The notes under the pieces were generated by a model, which saw only the letters and a program-made list of their open reading frames with translations, searched no databases and was not told the origin of the DNA. Positions 25,210 to 32,385 of a stretch of DNA of 42,415 nt are shown here, piece by piece (position 1 is the stretch's first letter; every line of letters begins with the position of its first letter). This DNA is from a virus. The translations under genes were made by a program, and so were the position numbers. Location of the stretch: IMG/VR virus record IMGVR_UViG_3300045988_044581, positions 1 to 42,415 of that record; one strand, 5' to 3'.

Positions 25210-25610
25210 GCCTCCTTGTCAATAATCAAATTTGCGTTCTGCACTGTCGCCGCCTGCGCGCCTTCGTTCCGGATGCTGAGCTGATAGCAGCAGCATTTCG
25301 GCACACAAAGGATCACTTCGGAAGAAACGTTGCCAAGATCGCCGGCCGCTACAGAAGTAGTGATCATCTGCGTTCCTGGTATCGCCTCACCGTTCACGGC
25401 GATGGCAAGAGTGCTTGCTGTGGTCGCCGCCGCAGCCGACACATTCGCCCCGAACCGCACGCGGTACTTGTGGCCGCCTCTCAGGGTGAAGAGACCGGAG
25501 CCGCTTCTGTGCGGGATACCGCAGGAGCATCCGAAATTATTCGAATTGGCAAACAATACCGGAGCGCCTGCCGCAACGGTCTGCGGTGCGTTACTGATGT
25601 ATTCAGCCAT
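25206..25610 (-). CDS. BclA C-terminal-domain-like (C1q/TNF-like jelly roll) protein without a collagen region (cassette gene 5)
   Basis: LAIAVNGEAIPGT...VQNANLIIDKEA parallels, as recalled, the BclA C-terminal domain (LTIQVNGVPVPGT...ASIIIEKVA). Confidence 0.5.
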   Translation of the reverse strand: MAEYISNAPQTVAAGAPVLFANSNNFGCSCGIPHRSGSGLFTLRGGHKYRVRFGANVSAAAATTASTLAIAVNGEAIPGTQMITTSVAAGDLGNVSSEVILCVPKCCCYQLSIRNEGAQAATVQNANLIIDKEA

Positions 25611-25624
25611 TACAGCCTCCTTTC

Positions 25625-26455
25625 TCAGCAGTTACCATAGCAGCCGCCGCAGCCGTTATAAGGATTCGGCACGGTGAAGGACGGAACCGGGCGCGGGTTG
25701 TAGTATGCAAACTGCCCGTTCATGTAGCCTTTCAGCGTCTCGTTCTGCGCTGCCTGCGATGCTGCAAGCTGAGCCATGAAGAGCTGCTGATTCTTGTCTG
25801 CAATCTGTGCATCCTTCGCTGCAAGCTCCTGCGCAGTCATCTTCTGATCGAGGGCACGGAAACCATTGTTCATCGCGTCGATGATGTCGCGCGTGTTGGT
25901 CGCGTTCGCATAGTTCTGCTGGCAGAATCCGTTGCCGACTTCCTGCTGGATGGCGTTGTTCCCCATCGCCATAGCATACTTCACGTCAGCGATTGCGGCC
26001 TTGTTGTCGCAGCAGCACTGTGCAAGCTGAGCCTGCAGTGCATTGAAGCCCTGCATGTCAGTGACCTGGTTCTGCTGGATGGCGTTGCGCGTCTCATACC
26101 CGCCCTGCATGATTGCCTTGTCTGTGTTGCCGAAGCCGGTAAGAAGAGCAGAATTCTGTGCATAAAAGCCGTCGCAGATTCCGTTCTGGATCGCGTCGTC
26201 CTTGCGCTCAAGGGACGAAATACCACTGTCGATCTGTCTCTGCAGGGTTGCAAAGTCGGAAGCCAGGACATAATTCTCGGAAGCACCACCGGAGCCGTTG
26301 CCCCATCCTCCGAAGCCTCCAAAGCCTCCCCATCCGAACATGCCGAAGATGAGGAAAAGCACGATCATCCAAAGGCCAGAGCCTCCGAACGTGTCGTTGT
26401 TGCCACCAGTACAAGCCCGGATATCGGCGGGGCTCATATCGCTAGATAAGCTCAT
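25625..26455 (-). CDS. Membrane protein with a Gly-rich/YjcZ-like N-region, a Gln/Asn/Cys-rich repeat body and a CGGCYGNC tail (cassette gene 4)
   Basis: LWMIVLFLIFGMFGWGGFGGFGGWGNGSGG forms a TM-plus-Gly segment. Repeated AIQ..., N..Q and G(F/Y)C motifs. 276 aa. Confidence 0.65.
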   Translation of the reverse strand: MSLSSDMSPADIRACTGGNNDTFGGSGLWMIVLFLIFGMFGWGGFGGFGGWGNGSGGASENYVLASDFATLQRQIDSGISSLERKDDAIQNGICDGFYAQNSALLTGFGNTDKAIMQGGYETRNAIQQNQVTDMQGFNALQAQLAQCCCDNKAAIADVKYAMAMGNNAIQQEVGNGFCQQNYANATNTRDIIDAMNNGFRALDQKMTAQELAAKDAQIADKNQQLFMAQLAASQAAQNETLKGYMNGQFAYYNPRPVPSFTVPNPYNGCGGCYGNC

Positions 26456-26514
26456 AATTTTATCTCCTTTTCTTGAAATTGGTTTGTTGTATGATCACCG
26501 TGCGCACGGATGAT

Positions 26515-26697
26515 TCAAAGATTGAAAAGACCCTTGAAGGTCTGCGCAGCCGTCTGCAAGTCATTGAGCTGCTTCTGTGATATCTTCCCGGATGCAACAA
26601 GCTTTTTTACAGCTTCCTCCGGGTCTCCCTTGAATTCGCTTTTGAAGCGGTTAAATTCATTTAGCATCTGCATCGGGTTGTTTCTCATCTGATTCAT
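26515..26697 (-). CDS. Small helical hypothetical protein (cassette gene 3)
   Basis: 60 aa: MNQMRNNPMQMLNEFNRFKSEFKGDPEEAVKKLVASGKISQKQLNDLQ. Confidence 0.55.
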   Translation of the reverse strand: MNQMRNNPMQMLNEFNRFKSEFKGDPEEAVKKLVASGKISQKQLNDLQTAAQTFKGLFNL

Positions 26698-27049
26698 TGC
26701 GGCTCCTTTCCAGAGCAGATAAGCGCTCCTCTATGCTCTTGAGGCGGTCTGTGTAGTCTGTGGCGGGTGCTTTCTCCTGCGCCTGCATATCTTTGCGGCT
26801 GTACTCGTAAACCTCCATGTATGGACGACCGGAAGCATCAGAACGCTTCTCGTAAAAGACAGGGCGCGAGCTGTCCCACAATCTCACAAAGCTGTTGGGA
26901 GCCATCAGATAAGCATCTGCTGCAGCAGGAGACGACACCCAGATTCTTTCATCGGTGCTTTGCTGCTGTGGTGTCTGCTGATACTGTGAACGGAGAAAGT
27001 CAGGCATTTGCTGCTGTTGAAACGGTTGATAATATGGTTGGTACATCAT
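26657..27049 (-). CDS. Gln-rich N-terminus hypothetical protein (cassette gene 2)
   Basis: RBS GGAGGGA with ATGATG at 27049. Product MMYQPYYQPFQQQQMPDFLRSQYQQTPQQQ... 4-nt overlap with the upstream gene. Start trimmed from the track. Confidence 0.65.
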   Translation of the reverse strand: MMYQPYYQPFQQQQMPDFLRSQYQQTPQQQSTDERIWVSSPAAADAYLMAPNSFVRLWDSSRPVFYEKRSDASGRPYMEVYEYSRKDMQAQEKAPATDYTDRLKSIEERLSALERSRNESDEKQPDADAK

Positions 27050-27462
27050 CCCTCCTTCTGCCAATAATAAATTGGCACTTCTGCACCGCTGTCCCACGAG
27101 TCAAAATAGTGACCGTCCATGACAGCGACAACGTGACCATTTAGAGCAAGCAGATAATCTCCGCTGGGGTGATCCTCTGCGAAATCATTGACTGTGTAGC
27201 AGTCCGGGCAAGTGTCCGGGATCAGATACCTGTGGAATCCTTTGCTTCGGAGATAACTGCCCCACACAGAATTGGCTGCAGGAAGGTCACACATCATAAG
27301 GCCAAAGGCGCACAGATCAATGTATGTTTGCTCCCACGTCTGGCCTGTAAGCTTGGATATCGCCCGGACGGTACAATCGCCGGTTCGGGCCGCTATTGGG
27401 TTGGGGTTGTAATATGTCCATCTCATGCCGATAGCATAAAACTGCAGGAAGAAGAGGCCCAC
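27046..27462 (-). CDS. Papain-like (Cys/His) fold candidate protein (cassette gene 1)
   Basis: Motifs TGDCTVRAISK and GHVVAVMDGHYFDSWDSG. GTG 27462 has a GGAG RBS; the alternative start is ATG 27426. The track start at 27501 lies inside a terminator. Confidence 0.55.
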   Translation of the reverse strand: MGLFFLQFYAIGMRWTYYNPNPIAARTGDCTVRAISKLTGQTWEQTYIDLCAFGLMMCDLPAANSVWGSYLRSKGFHRYLIPDTCPDCYTVNDFAEDHPSGDYLLALNGHVVAVMDGHYFDSWDSGAEVPIYYWQKEG

Positions 27463-27488
27463 GATGGTGCTCCGTAAAATTTGCGCAC

Positions 27489-27511
27489 AAAAAAACCACA
27501 CCGAAGTGTGG
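27489..27511 (-). terminator. Intrinsic terminator after the XRE gene
   Basis: The minus strand reads CCACAC-TTCG-GTGTGG followed by TTTTTTT. Confidence 0.8.
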
Positions 27512-27603
27512 TATAATCAACGTGTTACGAAAGTGAATATTGATTGGTGCAAGGAAGAACCGCTCTGTTATGCAGGGCGGCTCTTTCTTTTGACTAAAAC
27601 GAG

Positions 27604-28185
27604 TTAAAGTGCGGTGTAGCTCTCACTTTTCTGCTTGACTGCTTCCCTTGCTCTTGTAATCGCTCTCTCCAGTAACGTCACATCTGGCATCGCTTGCTGC
27701 CCTCCGATCAGCCGCCCGATTGAGAGCGCAAGGACAAAATTGGATCGGATCAGAGCTGCAACGCCGATCCGCATCAGAAGTGGGGTGTGAAGGTGAGCGC
27801 AGACCATATTGAGAACGGCAGCAGGAGAAGATCCGTGGTCTCCGTATGACACATAGAGGAGCTTTTTCTTGTATGAAATTGGGAGGTCGCTCATCATGGT
27901 CAGGAGTGCCTTTGTAATTTCTTCTTCATCGTCCTGCGTGTCTACGGTCTCCATTTCCACCGGATACAGCACGCGCAGATAGTACGGAAGCGGCTGAATA
28001 CCAAGCTTGTAAAAATAGATAAATCCCGCCTTCTGCGATGGCGAGCTCGTGCCGTTCTCCCAGTTTTCAATCGTCGCTCGGCTTACTCCCATAGCCTTGG
28101 CTGCCTGCACTTGGCTAAATCCTGCAGCCGCTCGTGCATCTTTCCACATCTTCCCAAATCGTTCTGACAGTTCCACTGTGTTCAT
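27604..28185 (-). CDS. XRE-family HTH regulator with a ~120-aa C-terminal domain
   Basis: HTH FSQVQAAKAMGVSRATIENWENG. Start trimmed to ATG 28185 (MNTVELSERF) with RBS GAGGTG. Confidence 0.75.
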   Translation of the reverse strand: MNTVELSERFGKMWKDARAAAGFSQVQAAKAMGVSRATIENWENGTSSPSQKAGFIYFYKLGIQPLPYYLRVLYPVEMETVDTQDDEEEITKALLTMMSDLPISYKKKLLYVSYGDHGSSPAAVLNMVCAHLHTPLLMRIGVAALIRSNFVLALSIGRLIGGQQAMPDVTLLERAITRAREAVKQKSESYTAL

Positions 28186-28236
28186 TTTTACACCTCGTAA
28201 TTTTGGTCCAAATCCTCCTGCATGTGTCAAAGAATA

Positions 28237-28260
28237 TTTAAGTCAGAAAACGTTTAAGTC
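28237..28260. promoter_or_regulatory. Direct repeat TTTAAGTC x2 (16-bp period) in a divergent intergenic region; candidate operator
   Basis: TTTAAGTC at 28237-28244 and at 28253-28260. Confidence 0.4.
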
Positions 28261-28317
28261 CTGCAATACTCAAACGGGAAGCGGAGCGGTACCCTTATGG
28301 AAAGGGGGAGAAAAAAC

Positions 28318-28440
28318 ATGGATAAGAAGGAACTGATCGAAGAAATCACAAAACTGTTAAATATCCTTGATACGTCAATCGTGCGTGCTACATACATCAC
28401 GCTCAAAAAGTTCAAGGAGGCCATCCATGGAAGAGATTAA
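28318..28440 (+). CDS. Micro-ORF A (40 aa), divergent from the XRE gene
   Basis: RBS GGGGGAG. Product MDKKELIEEITKLLNILDTSIVRATYITLKKFKEAIHGRD. Below the track cutoff. Confidence 0.5.
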   Translation: MDKKELIEEITKLLNILDTSIVRATYITLKKFKEAIHGRD

Positions 28441-28528
28441 AAAGATGATTACGGAAAAGATACAGAACTGCGATAAGCCAGACCTGCTCTATCTGATATA
28501 CTGCATCATCGAAAATCTGCCATTCTAA
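28427..28528 (+). CDS. Micro-ORF B (33 aa)
   Basis: RBS AAGGAGG. Product MEEIKKMITEKIQNCDKPDLLYLIYCIIENLPF. Confidence 0.5.
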   Translation: MEEIKKMITEKIQNCDKPDLLYLIYCIIENLPF

Positions 28529-28536
28529 GCAAAAAG

Positions 28537-28576
28537 GGGAGCCACACCGTACTGGTGTAGCTCCCTTGCCATTTTT
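28537..28576. terminator. Bidirectional intrinsic terminator
   Basis: GGGAGC(CACACC)...(GGTGT)AGCTCCC hairpin, flanked by AAAAA and TTTTT. Confidence 0.65.
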
Positions 28577-28593
28577 CTCCAGAAAGAATTATC

Positions 28594-28980
28594 TCATTTC
28601 CCTTGCTCACGGACAAGGCTTTCAGCAAAATCTTTAACACATCTTAACTCGTCATCGGTCAGGCCTGCGATTGCCTTTATCAGCTTCGTCCGGAATCCGT
28701 CATCGTCGAGGTACATCTTCCCGACGATCTGAGCAATCTCATTTTCTCGCTCTGGGGATACTTGGGGCCGCCCGGCTACATGCATCTCGCCTTCGCCTGT
28801 CAGCAGCCATTTCTTATTAATGTGGAAACGGTCACAGATAAGATTGATAGTAGATCCTTTTGGGGTTCTGTATCCTCCTTCATAAAACTTGCAAGCCTGC
28901 TCTGATAATCCAAGCATTTTTGAAAACTCCGCTTGTGTAAGTCCTGCCTCCTTGCGGATTTCTTTGATCCTTTCCTTCAT
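28594..28980 (-). CDS. CI-like XRE-family repressor
   Basis: HTH LTQAEFSKMLGLSEQACKFYEGG. Divergent from the early operon, with operators in the shared intergenic region. Confidence 0.8.
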   Translation of the reverse strand: MKERIKEIRKEAGLTQAEFSKMLGLSEQACKFYEGGYRTPKGSTINLICDRFHINKKWLLTGEGEMHVAGRPQVSPERENEIAQIVGKMYLDDDGFRTKLIKAIAGLTDDELRCVKDFAESLVREQGK

Positions 28981-29013
28981 GCTCTCACCTCCATCTGCTT
29001 ATTTCTTACTGCA

Positions 29014-29099
29014 ACTATATACTACTACAAAATAGTAGCATAGTAAACCTTCTTGGAGAAATATTTAAATCAGGGGTTTACAAGATTACTATATAGTAG
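29014..29099. promoter_or_regulatory. Operator cluster: TAGTA/TACTA half-sites, inverted repeat CTACTA-N5-TAGTAG (29022-29038) and palindrome TACTATATAGTA (29087-29098)
   Basis: At least 6 half-sites in ~90 bp between the divergent repressor and early genes. Confidence 0.6.
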
Positions 29100-29105
29100 T
29101 ATGAT
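29077..29105 (+). promoter_or_regulatory. Early rightward promoter TTTACA-N17-TATGAT
   Basis: Hexamers at 29077-29082 and 29100-29105. The 12-bp palindrome lies in the spacer. Confidence 0.65.
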
Positions 29106-29166
29106 AGCAGTATCAAAGGTACAGAGACATAAACACAAAATGTAAACTTACAAGGGAGGAAACAAA

Positions 29167-29394
29167 ATGACACAGCTTGAAATTCTTAACCTCGCATACG
29201 ATGCAGCACTTGCAGAGTGGGGCTACTACCACGAGAAAATCGAAGACCTCAAGAAAGAGGGAAAAAGAGACGAGATTTTTGAGCTCAGAAAAGCGGAGTG
29301 GAGCAGAAAGCTCACAGAGATTTCCGGAATGATCCTCAGAGAGGGCCTCGAAGATGGCCTCAAGGAAGGAGAGAAAAATGTACGAAACAGTTAA
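29167..29394 (+). CDS. Hypothetical early protein
   Basis: RBS GGGAGGA, 75 aa, helical. Confidence 0.6.
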   Translation: MTQLEILNLAYDAALAEWGYYHEKIEDLKKEGKRDEIFELRKAEWSRKLTEISGMILREGLEDGLKEGEKNVRNS

Positions 29395-29524
29395 GGAAGT
29401 AAACGGATACGCCATTCAGAGAATGAAAGGAACGCGCGGACATTTCCGAATCTACATCGCGGAAGGCAAGTTCGTAACCTTCCGGACGATCAAAGCGGCG
29501 GCCGCATTTGCCGAAACACTTTAA
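29378..29524 (+). CDS. Small hypothetical protein (48 aa)
   Basis: RBS AAGGAAGGAG. Product MYETVKEVNGYAIQRMKGTRGHFRIYIAEGKFVTFRTIKAAAAFAETL. Confidence 0.5.
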   Translation: MYETVKEVNGYAIQRMKGTRGHFRIYIAEGKFVTFRTIKAAAAFAETL

Positions 29525-29620
29525 TAGAAAGCCTGCCGGGAGAACCACAACCGGCCCGACACCGGAGCAGGCATTCAGCGCTGAGGTAATGATAAGCGTT
29601 TACAGGAAAGGAGAACAGCA

Positions 29621-29791
29621 ATGAAGAAGCAGCAGACAGCAGAAAATAGCCTGAGCAATATCGGGGCGATTCTCGTAGGAAAGATCGCGGAGGCATCCTC
29701 CAAGTTGGATACCGGGACGCAGGCAGTCCTTTATGGGTACATCGATGGGCTGATTCTTGCGAGAGAAGCCGATGACAGAAAAGGAGCATGA
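29621..29791 (+). CDS. Small hypothetical protein (56 aa)
   Basis: RBS AAAGGAG. Product MKKQQTAENSLSNIGAILVGKIAEASSKLDTGTQAVLYGYIDGLILAREA... Confidence 0.5.
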   Translation: MKKQQTAENSLSNIGAILVGKIAEASSKLDTGTQAVLYGYIDGLILAREADDRKGA

Positions 29792-29918
29792 AGAACAGCG
29801 GCGGGAAATCGCCGCTCACTTCCCGGAAATGCTGAGAGTACTCGAAGAGCTCTATGAAAAGCAGACGGGAGTGAGGATCAAGATAGAAATGACCCGGAAG
29901 AAGGAGAGTGCAGGATGA
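29772..29918 (+). CDS. Small hypothetical protein (48 aa)
   Basis: Product MTEKEHEEQRREIAAHFPEMLRVLEELYEKQTGVRIKIEMTRKKESAG. Stop overlaps the next ATG. Confidence 0.45.
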   Translation: MTEKEHEEQRREIAAHFPEMLRVLEELYEKQTGVRIKIEMTRKKESAG

Positions 29919-30115
29919 AAAAAAGGATTATTGATGAAATCTGCTCGGCTGTATTTATGGCGAGCATGTTCACGGCACTCCTTCTTCACGGGTGCGGATT
30001 AAAAACGGCGGCTGCGGTCGATCTGGCAATCGGCTGCATCGCCGTCATTACACCTATAAGAAAAGAGCGCCGGGCGCTCATGAAAAAGCGGGACCGACGC
30101 ACTTACAAGGTGTAA
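29915..30115 (+). CDS. Small membrane protein
   Basis: 66 aa with two hydrophobic segments and a basic tail. Confidence 0.6.
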   Translation: MKKRIIDEICSAVFMASMFTALLLHGCGLKTAAAVDLAIGCIAVITPIRKERRALMKKRDRRTYKV

Positions 30116-30127
30116 TAAGACAATACC

Positions 30128-30448
30128 ATGACGGAGATAAAAATGCAAGCAATGGTGAAAAAAGTGAAGCTTCCAGAACCGAAGCTGCCGCCGACAAGAG
30201 AATATCACGAGGAGTTAAAGATTCCGGAAAGCTGGGAAGCACAGAGAGCCGCCAAAAAGAGAATAGAAGAGGAGAAGAGAAAAAAGCATACACGGAAAGG
30301 CTTTCACGCGTGGACGGATGCAGAGCGGAAGGAGCTGATCGAGGCAAGAGAAGCCGGGAAGAGCTGGACAGAGATCGCAGCGGAATACGGAGTGACGGTG
30401 ACCGCCGCACAGACACAGATGTGGCGCGGAAGGAAGGCAGGGCTATGA
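30128..30448 (+). CDS. HTH (Myb/GcrA-like) DNA-binding protein
   Basis: WTDAERKELIEAREAGKSWTEIAAEYGVTVTAAQTQMWR. Confidence 0.55.
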   Translation: MTEIKMQAMVKKVKLPEPKLPPTREYHEELKIPESWEAQRAAKKRIEEEKRKKHTRKGFHAWTDAERKELIEAREAGKSWTEIAAEYGVTVTAAQTQMWRGRKAGL

Positions 30449-30615
30449 CGGTCCGGTGCATTTACGGAGGAACGGTGCAGGAGTCGTCAGAAAAAGCAGG
30501 CATGAAAGGATGGTGTGACAAGCACTGCAAGACCCTGGGGATGGAAAGAGGGCACATCTGCTATACAGCACTGAAGAAAGCCGGCATAAATCCGGAAGAA
30601 GAACATAAAAAATGA
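30445..30615 (+). CDS. Small Cys/His-rich protein (56 aa)
   Basis: ATGA overlap. Product MTVRCIYGGTVQESSEKAGMKGWCDKHCKTLGMERGHICYTALKK... Only this 3' part of track ORF 29992..30615 is credible. Confidence 0.45.
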   Translation: MTVRCIYGGTVQESSEKAGMKGWCDKHCKTLGMERGHICYTALKKAGINPEEEHKK

Positions 30616-30688
30616 AGCAGTGACTCGGGAAAGTCACTGCTTCGGGAATGCTATAGACATTCAATTTCCATAATCAGTATAGCATTCC
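30615..30688. repeat. Structured intergenic region: 10-bp hairpin (30615-30642) plus 11-bp inverted repeat GGAATGCTATA/TATAGCATTCC (30645-30655 and 30678-30688)
   Basis: Arms read directly and are perfectly complementary. Lies upstream of the Rep gene. Confidence 0.8.
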
Positions 30689-30707
30689 TGCAGTATGGAG
30701 ACAAGAG

Positions 30708-30731
30708 AAAAGCCCGAAAAATCGGGCTTTT
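30708..30731. terminator. Bidirectional terminator-like hairpin
   Basis: AAAAGCCCGA-AAAA-TCGGGCTTTT. Confidence 0.65.
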
Positions 30732-30759
30732 CCGCTCGATAAGGACAGGAAAGTTAGAG

Positions 30760-31494
30760 ATGTACCACAAAAAGACATATGACTGCGGAAGAGCAGTCGT
30801 GGTTATAAAGTACTATCCGGTCCAGAGAGGACCGAAAGAGGAAAGAGGAAAAAGAGCAAGGTCACCGGATGAAATCCGGAGGTGGGACAGCCAGAAGAGA
30901 GCGAGGACGGTACAGAGACTGATCCTCGCGAATTTTGCAGAAGATGATTACCACCTGACGCTGACGTACAGACAGGATGAGAGACCGGAAGGCCTGGAAG
31001 AAGCAAAAAAGAGGCTCAGCACATTCATAGGGAAAATGCGGGCGGCGTACAAGAAGAAGGATTTGCCATTTAAGTGGGTCGCAGTGACAGAGCAGGGGCA
31101 AAAAGGGGCCTACCATCATCACCTGATTATCCAGAATATCCGATCAGGGATTGACACCGACAAGCTGGTCCGGAAGTGCTGGCCGTGGGGACGGCCGATG
31201 TTTGTATTGCTGGACGACGGAGACTATGAGCAGCTGGCCGATTATCTCGTGAAGAAAGAGACAAAAGAGAAAGAAGAGCCGGGGAAAAATCAGATGTACT
31301 ACAGCCGGAGCCGCAACCTGATTGTTCCGGAGCCGAAGATCGAAAAGATCTATCAAAAGAGATGGAAGCCGGAGCCCAAAGCACCGAAGGGCTTCGAAAT
31401 CGAAAAAGGATCCGTGGTATCCGGAGAGAATCCGGTGACGGGGCTTCCGTGGCAGAGATATATCCTGATCAGGACGACAAGGAGGAGACCGTAG
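30760..31494 (+). CDS. HUH rolling-circle replication initiator (pC194/Rep_1-like motifs)
   Basis: Motif I HLTLTY, motif II GAYHHHLIIQN, motif III LADYLVKKETKE. Confidence 0.65.
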   Translation: MYHKKTYDCGRAVVVIKYYPVQRGPKEERGKRARSPDEIRRWDSQKRARTVQRLILANFAEDDYHLTLTYRQDERPEGLEEAKKRLSTFIGKMRAAYKKKDLPFKWVAVTEQGQKGAYHHHLIIQNIRSGIDTDKLVRKCWPWGRPMFVLLDDGDYEQLADYLVKKETKEKEEPGKNQMYYSRSRNLIVPEPKIEKIYQKRWKPEPKAPKGFEIEKGSVVSGENPVTGLPWQRYILIRTTRRRP

Positions 31495-31928
31495 TGCAAA
31501 CGAATATTTATCTGGTTACAGACAACCGGACTCCGAAGAAACAGGGATGCTCCTGCGGGTACGTCATGGAGGCCGTCGACATGGGGAATTGCATAGGGAC
31601 AGCGCAAGGGTGGCATGACTGTCTTGAGGACAGATACGGAGCATTACTGCTCGCACTTGCAGAGGCAGCAGGGAGAATGAAGCCAAATTGCGCTGGCGCA
31701 AGTAGCGTATTGATTATCACGGACTGTCGGCCGCTCGCATCCGGAATTTTGAGCCTGAAGAGGTGGGAAAGAGACGGATGGGTCCGGTCAAAAGGGAGAC
31801 CGATAAAGAGAAAAGAAAAATGGGAGCGCGTGGCGAAAGCACTTCAGGGATATCAGATTGCCGCGCAGGTAAAGCGGGTGGATCTGTATGAAGATCTGCT
31901 CCGGAAAGGGGAATGCGATGAAAGATAA
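31494..31928 (+). CDS. RNase H-like protein
   Basis: GTG 31494 after RBS AAGGAGGAG. IYLVTDNRT, EDRYGALLLALAEAA and VLIITDCRP fit the D-E-D spacing of RNase HI. Confidence 0.55.
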   Translation: MQTNIYLVTDNRTPKKQGCSCGYVMEAVDMGNCIGTAQGWHDCLEDRYGALLLALAEAAGRMKPNCAGASSVLIITDCRPLASGILSLKRWERDGWVRSKGRPIKRKEKWERVAKALQGYQIAAQVKRVDLYEDLLRKGECDER

Positions 31929-32385
31929 ACAAAAAGAGAAGGAAAAACTGTTTGAGCGCTTCGGAGAGATGAACCTGGAAGAGCTGAACAAGGCAGCAGA
32001 AGGACTGAAGAAAGAGGGAGATCTGGACAGCCTGAGAGCTCTGGCGATGGAAAACGGGATGGATCCGGAGGATGTTGCAGACTATGTAGCCGGAGATACG
32101 AAGCAGCTTGCAACGCTGAGACAGGCAGCTCTTGGGAGAATCAAGGTACAGGAGGAGCAGACAGAGATACCGAGAACGGCAGCAGGGATCATATACGGGA
32201 TGGCGAGAGCCATGACGACGGATCCGGAGGCGTGCAGAGCCTTTATGAAAAAGGGCAGCAGGATCGATAAGGTATGGTCTGAGCTCGAGAAAAAAGCAAG
32301 AGATGATAAGCAGGGATCCGTGGGCGTGGCCTGCGGGACGGATCGAGACCTTAAAGAGATCATTTTGAAGGTGGTGACGGGATGA
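31918..32385 (+). CDS. Hypothetical protein (PcfK-like suggested only by its position next to the PcfJ-like gene)
   Basis: 155 aa, start trimmed to ATG 31918, coupled to the downstream gene (ATGA). Confidence 0.55.
   Translation: MKDKQKEKEKLFERFGEMNLEELNKAAEGLKKEGDLDSLRALAMENGMDPEDVADYVAGDTKQLATLRQAALGRIKVQEEQTEIPRTAAGIIYGMARAMTTDPEACRAFMKKGSRIDKVWSELEKKARDDKQGSVGVACGTDRDLKEIILKVVTG

Noticed and set aside
27463-27501. ATG 27501 as the start of the papain-like gene
   Set aside because: That ATG lies within the stem and U-tract of the terminator at 27489-27511.
27508-27517. Plus-strand TGGTATAAT extended -10 box, which could drive RNA antisense to the XRE gene
   Set aside because: It has no -35 at proper spacing and overlaps the terminator stem of the opposite strand. 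This is insufficient evidence for a promoter.
28366-28374. CCTTGATAC, and similar CTTGATA matches near 8823 and 19333, as rolling-circle nick sites
   Set aside because: A 7-mer is expected several times by chance in 42 kb. These copies lie inside coding regions far from the Rep gene.
29992-30444. 5' two-thirds of the 207-aa plus-strand ORF 29992..30615
   Set aside because: This Arg/Glu/Gly-rich frame overlaps two better-supported genes (29915..30115 and 30128..30448). Only the last 56 codons, from the coupled ATG 30445, are kept.
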